From Salmonella phage SP_Thor: 24,000 nucleotides of DNA. The stretch lies in sequence record MW411578.1; one strand, given 5' to 3'. Within the stretch, counting starts at the first letter, position 1. The number at the start of each line of letters is the position of its first letter. The notes below the pieces were generated by a model. It was not told the origin of the DNA and ran no database searches. It was given only the letters and a program-made list of their open reading frames with translations. Positions 1-8,086 of the stretch are shown here, piece after piece. A program made the translations under genes and the position numbers.

Positions 1-3
1 GGC

Positions 4-441
4 ATGGATGTTATTGAAGCCTATTTACAGTACGGTAGTGATGTTCCTGCCGCCGCTCGTAGTCTTGGAATGTCCGAGATTGCATTTCGTGATATAATGA
101 ATCGTGGGGAAGTTAAAAACTATCTCAACGATATCTTTATGGAAAGCGGCTTCCGTAACCGTGACCGTTTATTCGGAGTTCTTGATGAAGTTATCAAGCG
201 TAAGCTAGAAGAACTTGAAGAAACTGGCATGGGTTCTGACCAGGATATCATGGATATTCTCTGGAAGGCTCACAAGATGAAGATGGAAGAAATGAAAATG
301 ATGGTAGAACTGGAGAAAGTGAAGGCAGCAGCCCGTACTCCGGCTAACCAGACTAATATTCAGAATAATATTATTGCTGGAAGTGGTGACGAAAACTATA
401 TGAATCTTATTACCGCTCTAGCAGGAGGAGGTAAGAGATAA
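4..441 (+). CDS. Putative terminase small subunit (T5-like)
   Basis: 145 aa ORF; N-terminal HTH-like segment ([19 protein letters not shown]); stop overlaps the start of terL. Confidence 0.65.
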   Translation: MDVIEAYLQYGSDVPAAARSLGMSEIAFRDIMNRGEVKNYLNDIFMESGFRNRDRLFGVLDEVIKRKLEELEETGMGSDQDIMDILWKAHKMKMEEMKMMVELEKVKAAARTPANQTNIQNNIIAGSGDENYMNLITALAGGGKR

Positions 442-1757
442 TGAAAGTCTCTAGAGATTATATTAACACCACAGATGTTATTGACTTTGGTATTGACAAA
501 CGATTTTTCCGTCTGCCAGTCTCTAGCATTCTAGCTCAAGAGGGGATTACACCTAACGCCCCTCAGGTTGCAATTATTAACGCGCTGGAAGATCCTAGAC
601 ACCGTTTCGTAACTGCATGTGTATCCCGTCGTGTAGGTAAGTCGTTCATCGCATATACTCTTGGGTTCTTAAAACTTCTGGAACCCAATGTGAAGGTGCT
701 AGTAGTTGCACCTAACTACTCACTGGCTAACATAGGCTGGTCACAGATTCGTGGTCTTATTAAGAAGTATGGATTACAGACTGAACGTGAGAACGCAAAA
801 GATAAAGAGATTGAACTAGCGAATGGTTCTCTCTTTAAGCTGGCTTCTGCGGCGCAGGCTGACTCCGCGGTTGGTCGTTCATATGACTTCATCATTTTTG
901 ACGAAGCAGCGATTTCCGACGTTGGTGGTGCAGCTTTCGATATTCAGTTACGTCCTACTCTAGATAAGCCAAACTCTAAAGCTCTGTTTATTTCCACACC
1001 TCGTGGTGGTAACTGGTTTAAAGAGTTCTATGAGAAAGGATTTAACGAAACGCTACCTAACTGGGTATCTATTCATGGTACATATCGTGATAACCCACGT
1101 GCTGATCTGAACGATATAGAAGAAGCGCGTCGTACTGTTAGTAAAAACTACTTCCGTCAAGAATATGAGGCTGACTTCTCTGTATTCGAAGGTCAGATCT
1201 TTGACACCTTCAATGCTATCGAACATGTTAAAGACCTCAAAGGTATGCGTCACTTCTTTAAGGATGATGAGGCTTTCGAAACATTACTTGGTATCGACGT
1301 TGGTTATCGTGACCCTACAGCAGTTCTTACTATCAAGTATCACTATGATACTGATGTTTATTACGTACTAGAAGAGTATCAGCAGGCTGAAAAGACTACA
1401 GCTCAACACGCTGCTTATATCCAACACTGCATAGATCGTTATAGTGTTGATCGTATATTTGTAGACTCCGCTGCTGCTCAGTTCCGTCAGGACTTAGCAT
1501 ATGAACATGAAATCGCTTCCGCACCTGCTAAGAAATCTGTCCTAGATGGTCTGGCATGCCTACAAGCACTGTTCCAGCAAGGTAAGATCATCGTAGATGC
1601 TTCATGTACCTCATTGATCCACGCCCTAGCGAACTACAAGTGGGACTTCCAGGAAGGCGAAGAGAAATTATCACGTGAAAAACCACGTCATGATGCAAAC
1701 TCTCACCTCTGTGACGCACTGCGTTATGGAATTTACTCAATTTCCCGGGGGAAATAA
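441..1757 (+). CDS. Terminase large subunit (T5-like)
   Basis: 438 aa; Walker A-like CVSRRVGKSF, Walker B YDFIIFDEAA, C-terminal RNase H-like nuclease motifs (GIDVGYRDPTAVL, DSAAAQFRQDL). Confidence 0.95.
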   Translation: MKVSRDYINTTDVIDFGIDKRFFRLPVSSILAQEGITPNAPQVAIINALEDPRHRFVTACVSRRVGKSFIAYTLGFLKLLEPNVKVLVVAPNYSLANIGWSQIRGLIKKYGLQTERENAKDKEIELANGSLFKLASAAQADSAVGRSYDFIIFDEAAISDVGGAAFDIQLRPTLDKPNSKALFISTPRGGNWFKEFYEKGFNETLPNWVSIHGTYRDNPRADLNDIEEARRTVSKNYFRQEYEADFSVFEGQIFDTFNAIEHVKDLKGMRHFFKDDEAFETLLGIDVGYRDPTAVLTIKYHYDTDVYYVLEEYQQAEKTTAQHAAYIQHCIDRYSVDRIFVDSAAAQFRQDLAYEHEIASAPAKKSVLDGLACLQALFQQGKIIVDASCTSLIHALANYKWDFQEGEEKLSREKPRHDANSHLCDALRYGIYSISRGK

Positions 1758-1768
1758 ATAAGTATAGG

Positions 1769-1796
1769 ATGGGATACTACTCAGTTGGTATCCCAT
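1769..1796 (+). other. RNA hairpin between terL and the decoration gene, possible weak terminator or processing site
   Basis: Perfect 9-bp inverted repeat ATGGGATAC/GTATCCCAT with a 10-nt loop; only a weak downstream T tract. Confidence 0.45.
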
Positions 1797-1816
1797 TCCT
1801 GCATTTTAAAATCCCC

Positions 1817-1845
1817 TTTACAAATTCGACATGATTATGTATACT
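1817..1845 (+). promoter_or_regulatory. Candidate sigma70-type promoter upstream of the decoration gene
   Basis: TTTACA - 17 nt - TATACT, 27 nt before the likely start codon at 1872. Confidence 0.6.
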
Positions 1846-1871
1846 ATATTCATACAGTTGAGGAGAATACT

Positions 1872-2354
1872 ATGATTGATTATGATGGTCTAAAGGCCAT
1901 TTTTGGTGAAAAGCTGCCAGAATCTCATATCTTCTTTGCTACGGTTGCAGCACACAAGTTCGTTCCAAACTACGCTACTCTACGTAAAGAGTTTGGAATG
2001 ACTACTGCACATACCAACCGCAAGGTTTGGAATAAGTTCAAAGAAGCATACGAAGTTACTGCTCCGGTTGTTCCGGCTCTAGCTTTCACGAAGAATCTGG
2101 CTAAAACTCTAGCTGTTGATACTGGTGCAGCAATTAATCTGGGCGTAACAGTTACTGGTGGTACTGCACCATATACTTATGCTTGGACTAAAGACGGTTC
2201 TCCACTTAGTGGTGTTACTGGCCCTAACTTCAACAAAGCTACAGCTGCTGCAGAAGATGCTGGTACTTACAAAGTTGTTGTAACGGATAGTAAATCTACT
2301 TCCATTACTTCTAATGAGTGTGTAACAACTATCAACCCTGCGCCGGAGGCTTAA
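1872..2354 (+). CDS. Head decoration protein (T5 pb10-like) with C-terminal Ig-like domain
   Basis: Listed ORF begins at 1785, but the internal ATG at 1872 has a good SD (GAGGAGAATACTATG). MIDYDGLKAIFGEKLPESH... followed by an Ig-like segment (GGTAPYTYAWTKDGSPLSGVTGPNFNKATAAAEDAGTYKVVVTD). Confidence 0.85.
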   Translation: MIDYDGLKAIFGEKLPESHIFFATVAAHKFVPNYATLRKEFGMTTAHTNRKVWNKFKEAYEVTAPVVPALAFTKNLAKTLAVDTGAAINLGVTVTGGTAPYTYAWTKDGSPLSGVTGPNFNKATAAAEDAGTYKVVVTDSKSTSITSNECVTTINPAPEA

Positions 2355-2357
2355 TAA

Positions 2358-2990
2358 ATGACAAATGCTGCTATTGACTATAACAAGTTAAAATCAGCAC
2401 CGGTTCATTTAGACGCTTACATTAAGTCTATTGATAGCGAATCCAAAGAGGGTGTTGTAAAAATCCGTGGATTCGCTAATACAATTAGTAAAGATCGCGC
2501 AGGTGACGTAATTCCTGCTTCGGCATGGAAAACGTCTAATGCACTTGCTAACTACATGAAAAACCCGATTATTCTTTTCGGCCACGACCATCGTCGTCCA
2601 ATCGGCAAGTGTATTGATCTTAACCCTACTGAAATGGGTCTCGAAATTGAATGCGAGATTTATGAAAGTTCTGATCCAGCTATCTTTTCACTAATTAAAA
2701 ACGGTGTACTGAAAACCTTCAGTATCGGATTCCGCTGCCTAGACGCAGAATGGGATGAAGCTACTGACATATTTATTATTAAAGATTTAGAACTATACGA
2801 AGTTTCGGTAGTTTCTGTACCCTGTAATCAGGACTCAACGTTCAACCTCGCTAAGAGTATGAATGGCCACGATTACACTGAATGGCGCAAATCTTTTACT
2901 GCAACAAGTTCTAAGGCTGTCCCAGCTCAAGAACGTAATCTTTCTGAACTAGAAAAACTTGCGATAGCTTTAGGCTACGTTAAAGAATAA
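2358..2990 (+). CDS. Prohead maturation protease (HK97/T5 pb11-like)
   Basis: 210 aa; IRGFANTISKDRAGDVIPASAWK, ILFGHDHRRPIGKC (catalytic His region) and LKTFSIGFR (catalytic Ser region) are typical of the caudoviral prohead protease family. Confidence 0.9.
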   Translation: MTNAAIDYNKLKSAPVHLDAYIKSIDSESKEGVVKIRGFANTISKDRAGDVIPASAWKTSNALANYMKNPIILFGHDHRRPIGKCIDLNPTEMGLEIECEIYESSDPAIFSLIKNGVLKTFSIGFRCLDAEWDEATDIFIIKDLELYEVSVVSVPCNQDSTFNLAKSMNGHDYTEWRKSFTATSSKAVPAQERNLSELEKLAIALGYVKE

Positions 2991-3026
2991 CGGAGAATTA
3001 TTTAAAATACAGGCTTTTCAGCCGAT

Positions 3027-3052
3027 AAGGAGAGCTTCGGCTCTCCTTTTTT
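3027..3052 (+). terminator. Intrinsic terminator
   Basis: AAGGAGAGC-TTCG-GCTCTCCTT followed by TTTT; 9-bp stem with UUCG tetraloop. Confidence 0.85.
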
Positions 3053-3066
3053 ATTGGGAAAAATAA

Positions 3067-3579
3067 ATGCAAATCATCACTGTTGAAGACTACAGACTAT
3101 ATGCTAATGCAAAGCGACCTGATATGGAAACTCAGGTTGAGATGATGATTAAAGCTGCCAATACGCTGATTACAAGCCTTCTAGGTATGGATGATGCAGA
3201 TGCGGTAGATCAATTAATCACTACAAAACCTAGCCGTAGGAAATATTTTCTGAGTTCCCCCTCAGCCACATCTATTACGAAAATGACTATTAACGAGAAT
3301 GAAATAGACCCGGAACAGTTTAAATTGTACCCTGATGGTGTTATTCTTCTTAAGTTTAATCCTCCTGAAGGATATATGGATGTAGAATATACCCAAGGTG
3401 GTTTCAATCCAATGCCTGAAGATCTTAAGCTGGCAGCATGCCTGTTAGTAGATCACTGGCATAAGCAAGATTATCGTCAAGCCAAGACTATTGGCGGGGA
3501 GACAATTACGTTTAATAGTACTAAGTCTGGTATTCCAGAGCATATTCGTACAATCGTCGAAGTATATAGGAGAGTATAA
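3067..3579 (+). CDS. Head completion / head-tail connector protein (T5-like)
   Basis: 170 aa; N-terminal connector-like region (VEDYRLYANAKRPDMETQVEMMIKAANTLITSLLG) and C-terminal LAACLLVDHWHKQDYRQ. Confidence 0.7.
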   Translation: MQIITVEDYRLYANAKRPDMETQVEMMIKAANTLITSLLGMDDADAVDQLITTKPSRRKYFLSSPSATSITKMTINENEIDPEQFKLYPDGVILLKFNPPEGYMDVEYTQGGFNPMPEDLKLAACLLVDHWHKQDYRQAKTIGGETITFNSTKSGIPEHIRTIVEVYRRV

Positions 3580-4346
3580 TGGCTCTTTCTGATCTAGCTA
3601 CACAAATTATTAAAGAGCAGCTAGATACTGCTGGACGATCTGAGAATAATAAGAATACTGTTGTATACACAGTTGAGACTGGTTTGAAAGATCCTACAAG
3701 AGACGGTACAGTTGCACAGGTATCTTTCAAGTTCTCAAAGCCAGTGTCACAAGACTTATTAAATGTTAGGACAGCATCTATACTGAAGGCTGTCTCTTCG
3801 AACTTAGATCTTTCTGGTGATTTAGGCGCTCTAGAGAATCTGATTCAAGCAACAGCAGGCAAACGTTCTGCTGTTGGTAAAAAACGTTCTACCGGTAGAG
3901 TTCAAGTAAACTTTGGAGATCCTAGAGATACTGAAGATGGTTATTCTGGTGCAGTAACAGGCGCTTCTGGTCGTTTTGTATCAAATAGCAACATGCGTGT
4001 TATTCTTGAATTAGTTGCTAAGGAATACTTAATTAAGGATATGAAAAAAGCGGGGGCGCCATTGAAGTTCAGAACTGGTCGCTTCGCTAACTCCTTAAAG
4101 ATTAAAGACATTATGCTACGTGATGCAGAAACTAGTAAAGGTGCTCCAGAGCTGAATGTGACGTATAACTATATGGTTCGTCCTTACTCTGTGTTCAACC
4201 CCGCAGTTTCTACATACCGAAGACTTTCTCTACGACCTTACCCTGGCGCTCGAAACCCCCAAAAACTTATTGGGGAAGCAATCGCAAAAGCTGCAAGAGA
4301 CCTGATTCACTCTAGATATAAAATCAAGGTTAATCAAGGAACTTAA
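3579..4346 (+). CDS. Tail completion / neck protein (T5 p143-like)
   Basis: 255 aa; position between the connector and tail terminator; start overlaps the preceding stop. Confidence 0.6.
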   Translation: MALSDLATQIIKEQLDTAGRSENNKNTVVYTVETGLKDPTRDGTVAQVSFKFSKPVSQDLLNVRTASILKAVSSNLDLSGDLGALENLIQATAGKRSAVGKKRSTGRVQVNFGDPRDTEDGYSGAVTGASGRFVSNSNMRVILELVAKEYLIKDMKKAGAPLKFRTGRFANSLKIKDIMLRDAETSKGAPELNVTYNYMVRPYSVFNPAVSTYRRLSLRPYPGARNPQKLIGEAIAKAARDLIHSRYKIKVNQGT

Positions 4347-4349
4347 TAA

Positions 4350-4835
4350 ATGGATCACAGAACAAGTATTGCACAAGCAGTGGTTGACCGAATCGCCACA
4401 CAAATGGATGGTTCACAACCTGATGAGTATTTCAATAACCTTTATGGAAACGTTTCTCGTCAAACTTATAAATTCGAGGAAATCCGAGAATTTCCTTATG
4501 TGGCAGTCCATATCGGAACTGAAACTGGGCAGTACCTTCCCTCAGGCCAACAGTGGGTGTTTTTAGAACTTCCAATCCTCGTGTATGACAAAGAGAAAAC
4601 AGATATTCAAGAGCAACTTGAAAAACTCGTAGCTGACATAAAAACCGTCATTGACACAGGTGGAAATTTAGAATATACTGTTAGTAAACCTAATGGATCG
4701 ACCTTCCCATGTGAGGCAACTGATATGAGCATCACCTCAGTAGCTACAGATGAGGGTCTACTGGCCCCATATGGTTTAGCGGAAATAAATGTAACAGTGA
4801 GGTATCAGCCACCTCGTAGGGCACTTCGCAGATAA
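4350..4835 (+). CDS. Tail terminator protein (T5 p142-like)
   Basis: 161 aa; minor tail-U/terminator-like layout, located immediately before the tail tube gene. Confidence 0.65.
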   Translation: MDHRTSIAQAVVDRIATQMDGSQPDEYFNNLYGNVSRQTYKFEEIREFPYVAVHIGTETGQYLPSGQQWVFLELPILVYDKEKTDIQEQLEKLVADIKTVIDTGGNLEYTVSKPNGSTFPCEATDMSITSVATDEGLLAPYGLAEINVTVRYQPPRRALRR

Positions 4836-4861
4836 GTTACAGATTAGGAGAATATAAATAA

Positions 4862-6271
4862 ATGTCTTTACAACTATTACGTAATACTCGAATCTTCGTG
4901 TCTACGGTTAAGACTGGTCACGATAAGACCAACACGCAAGAGATTCTAGTTCAAGATGATATTTCTTGGGGTCAGGACAGTAACTCAACCGATATTACTG
5001 TTAACGAAGCTGGTCCTCGTCCAACTCGTGGTTCAAAACGTTTCAACGATTCCCTGAATGCAGCTGAGTGGAGTTTCTCTACTTACATCCTGCCTTACTT
5101 AGATAAGACTACTAGTAAGCAGATCGTTCCGGACTACATGCTGTGGCATGCTCTTTCTAGTGGTAAGCCTATCAACCTAGAGGGCAATACAGGTGCTCAC
5201 ACTAACGAAGCTAACTTCATGGTTAACTTTAAGGATAACGCATACCACGAGCTGGCAATGCTACATATTTACATCCTTACTGATAAAGCATGGAGCTACA
5301 TCGATTCCTGTCAGATCAACCAGGCTGAAGTAAACGTTGATATCGAAGATATCGGTCGTGTAACTTGGTCAGGTAATGGTAACCAGCTGATCCCTCTGGA
5401 TGCTGCTCCATTTGATCCTGATACTGTAGGTATTGATGATGAAACTTACATGACTATCCAGGGTTCTTACATCAAGAACAAACTGACTATCCTCAAAATT
5501 AAGGATATGGATACTGGTAAGGCATATGACATTCCGATCACTGGTGGTAGTTTTACAATTAACAACAACATCACCTATCTGACTCCTAACGTCATGTCCC
5601 GTGTTAACATCCCAATCGGTTCATTTACTGGTGCATTCGAATTAACTGGTTCTCTAACTGCGTATCTTAACGATAAAGCTCTAGGTTCTATGGATCTGTA
5701 CAAAGATCTGGCTAAGACCCTGAAAGTAGTTAACCGTTTCGAAATCGCTCTAGTACTTGGCGGTGAATATGATGATGAGCGCCCTGCTGCTGTTCTAGTT
5801 GCTAAGCAAGCTCACGTTAACATCCCGACTATTGAGACTGACGATGTACTTGGTACTTCTGTAGAGTTCAAAGCAATTCCTACTGATCTGGACACTGGTG
5901 ATGAAGGTTATCTTGGTTTCTCTAATAAGTACACTAAAACTACTATTGCAAATCTGATTGCAACTGGTGACGGTGGTAAAGCAGCTCCGGTTAAGGTAAC
6001 AGGTATTACTGTTAAATCCGCAGGTGATGCAGCTTCCGTTGATAATAGTGCAACTCTTCAGATGACTGTAGATGTTTTGCCTGCTGAAGCTACTAATAAG
6101 GAAGTAACTTGGTCTATTTCCTCCGGTACTGCGGCTACTATTGATGCAACTTCTGGTTTACTGACCGCTGATGCTTCTAAGACTGGTGCAGTTACTGTGA
6201 AAGCCGTAGCTAAAGATGGTTCTGGTGTAGAAGGTACTAAGAGCATTACAGTTACTGCTTCTGGTGGCTAA
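4862..6271 (+). CDS. Major tail tube protein (T5 pb6-like) with C-terminal Big_2 Ig-like domain
   Basis: 469 aa; C-terminus VKVTGITVKSAGDAASVDNSATLQMTVDVLPAEATNKEVTWSISSGTAATID...KSITV is a classic Big_2 pattern; SD GGAGAATAT upstream. Confidence 0.9.
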   Translation: MSLQLLRNTRIFVSTVKTGHDKTNTQEILVQDDISWGQDSNSTDITVNEAGPRPTRGSKRFNDSLNAAEWSFSTYILPYLDKTTSKQIVPDYMLWHALSSGKPINLEGNTGAHTNEANFMVNFKDNAYHELAMLHIYILTDKAWSYIDSCQINQAEVNVDIEDIGRVTWSGNGNQLIPLDAAPFDPDTVGIDDETYMTIQGSYIKNKLTILKIKDMDTGKAYDIPITGGSFTINNNITYLTPNVMSRVNIPIGSFTGAFELTGSLTAYLNDKALGSMDLYKDLAKTLKVVNRFEIALVLGGEYDDERPAAVLVAKQAHVNIPTIETDDVLGTSVEFKAIPTDLDTGDEGYLGFSNKYTKTTIANLIATGDGGKAAPVKVTGITVKSAGDAASVDNSATLQMTVDVLPAEATNKEVTWSISSGTAATIDATSGLLTADASKTGAVTVKAVAKDGSGVEGTKSITVTASGG

Positions 6272-6275
6272 TTAA

Positions 6276-7175
6276 ATGTACTACTCTCTAATGAGGGAGT
6301 CAAAAGTTATAGTTGAGTATGATGGCAGGGCGTATCATTTTGATGCCCTGTCAAATTACGATATCAATACGTCCTATGAGGAATTTAAAACTCTTCGTAG
6401 GACTATCCATCGTAGAACCAACTATGCTGACTCTATTATTAATGCACAAACTCCATCTTCAATATCACTGGCTATAAATTTTAGTAATACCCTTACTGAA
6501 GCTAACTTCTTTGAATGGATGGGCTTTGACCGAGAGGGTAATACATTCTTACTACCACTTTATAGTACAAATATTGAGCCAACAATGTTTAATATATACA
6601 TAGTTAATAAAGATAATAACTGTGTGTACTTTGAGAACTGCTATGTATCTACTGTAGACTTTTCTCTAGACAAAAGCGTTCCTATCCTAAACGTAGGAAT
6701 TGAATCTGGTAAGTTCTCTGAGGTGTCTACTTTTACTCCTGCTGGTTCTATTGTTCAGGGTGAAGTTATATCATATAGTCCTCCTAGAGTATCCACCAAT
6801 AGTAATGTTTTACCAGCTCTTTTATCCGCTTCTATGTCATTCCAGCAACAATGTTCTTGGAGGGAAGATAAAAGCGTATTTGACATAAACAAAATATATA
6901 ATAATAAGAGAGCTTATGTTAATGAAATGAATGCTTCGGCAACAATTGCATTTTATTACACTAAGCGATTTGCTAGTGATATGTTTTATAATATTGAACC
7001 CGAAGCTGACATACCATTAACCATCCGGAATGAACATATTTCGATTGACTTCCCTTCAGCACGTATAACAAAACGCCTACAATTCTCGGATATATACAGA
7101 GTTGAATGGGATGTAATCCCTACTGCAGACTCTGATCCGGTAAGAATCGACTTCTTTGGAGAAATAAAGAAATGA
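6276..7175 (+). CDS. Baseplate tube protein (T5 p140-like)
   Basis: 299 aa; lies between the tail tube and chaperone genes, matching the T5-like order. Confidence 0.6.
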   Translation: MYYSLMRESKVIVEYDGRAYHFDALSNYDINTSYEEFKTLRRTIHRRTNYADSIINAQTPSSISLAINFSNTLTEANFFEWMGFDREGNTFLLPLYSTNIEPTMFNIYIVNKDNNCVYFENCYVSTVDFSLDKSVPILNVGIESGKFSEVSTFTPAGSIVQGEVISYSPPRVSTNSNVLPALLSASMSFQQQCSWREDKSVFDINKIYNNKRAYVNEMNASATIAFYYTKRFASDMFYNIEPEADIPLTIRNEHISIDFPSARITKRLQFSDIYRVEWDVIPTADSDPVRIDFFGEIKK

Positions 7176-7576
7176 TCAATTTAAAAGATATTACCCTCGA
7201 AACTCGTACTATTGAGCTGGCTTACCCAGGTATGCCTAACTTCAAGCTACAACTGAACTACATGTCTCGTGCTGCATCTAAGCGTGTTATCTCTTCCGCT
7301 AAGCGTGATGAGTGGGTTAACGGTACTATGATTCAGGTTCAGGACGATGATAAGTTTATTGAAGCTTTCGTTGATACTGCAATTGCTGGCTGGACTGGCT
7401 TGACTATTGGAGACGTTGAGAAACTGATGCTTATAGAAACTGAAGCTGATCCTACTACTGAAGTTCCATTTAGCCGCGATAATGCTATCATGCTTATGCA
7501 GAATTCTGCTGCGTTTGATTCTTGGATCAACCAGACAGTGTTCCACTTAGACACTTTTCGTAGCTCAAAAGCGTAA
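7172..7576 (+). CDS. Tape measure chaperone, upstream ORF (G-like)
   Basis: 134 aa; position directly before the tape measure gene; stop is inside the open frame of the following ORF. Confidence 0.7.
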   Translation: MINLKDITLETRTIELAYPGMPNFKLQLNYMSRAASKRVISSAKRDEWVNGTMIQVQDDDKFIEAFVDTAIAGWTGLTIGDVEKLMLIETEADPTTEVPFSRDNAIMLMQNSAAFDSWINQTVFHLDTFRSSKA

Positions 7577-7637
7577 GCAGTTACTAGATGCTATTGCCGA
7601 TTTTGCAGATAAATGCATTAAATCCTCAGCATCTAAA

Positions 7638-8006
7638 ATGACAAAACAACAATATTTAATGCTTTGCGAGTCTCTAGGTATTGAACCTGATCCTAAGGCA
7701 ATGCCTGTTGAACTCGAAGATTTTCCACCTATTGTATCTACTAGTATGAATATTTATAATAGTCTTATTGACTGTTTCATACCAGGTGACTTTCCTATAT
7801 TTATAGGGAAAGACAAAAGTGCATTAGGTGTTTTATTTGATATCTACGGGATTACTGATCCTATAGAGAAAGAGTTTGTTCTACACATAATCAATATATT
7901 TGATTCGAAAGCTGTAGATGCAGCTCGTAAGAGAGCCGAGAAGCATGGTAAACAAAATGGTCGCACTCCGAACATTAAACCGCATGCTAGATCTCGAGCT
8001 CAGTAA
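7638..8006 (+). CDS. Tape measure chaperone, downstream ORF (T-like), probably expressed as a frameshift fusion
   Basis: 122 aa from ATG, but the frame is open from 7551 and there is no clear SD before 7638. Confidence 0.6.
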   Translation: MTKQQYLMLCESLGIEPDPKAMPVELEDFPPIVSTSMNIYNSLIDCFIPGDFPIFIGKDKSALGVLFDIYGITDPIEKEFVLHIINIFDSKAVDAARKRAEKHGKQNGRTPNIKPHARSRAQ

Positions 8007-8041
8007 AAGTTTCCTCCAATGGGCGTTCCACGATGAGGCTT

Positions 8042-8072
8042 GGCTCTGGGTGATTTGCCCAGAGCCTTTTTT
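8042..8072 (+). terminator. Intrinsic terminator upstream of the tape measure gene
   Basis: GGCTCTGGG-TGATTTG-CCCAGAGCC followed by TTTTTT. Confidence 0.85.
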
Positions 8073-8086
8073 ATTGGGAAAAATAA

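Noticed and set aside
6000-6271. Ig-like domain on the tail tube protein as a novel fusion
   Set aside because: A C-terminal Big_2-like domain is already known on the T5 tail tube protein.
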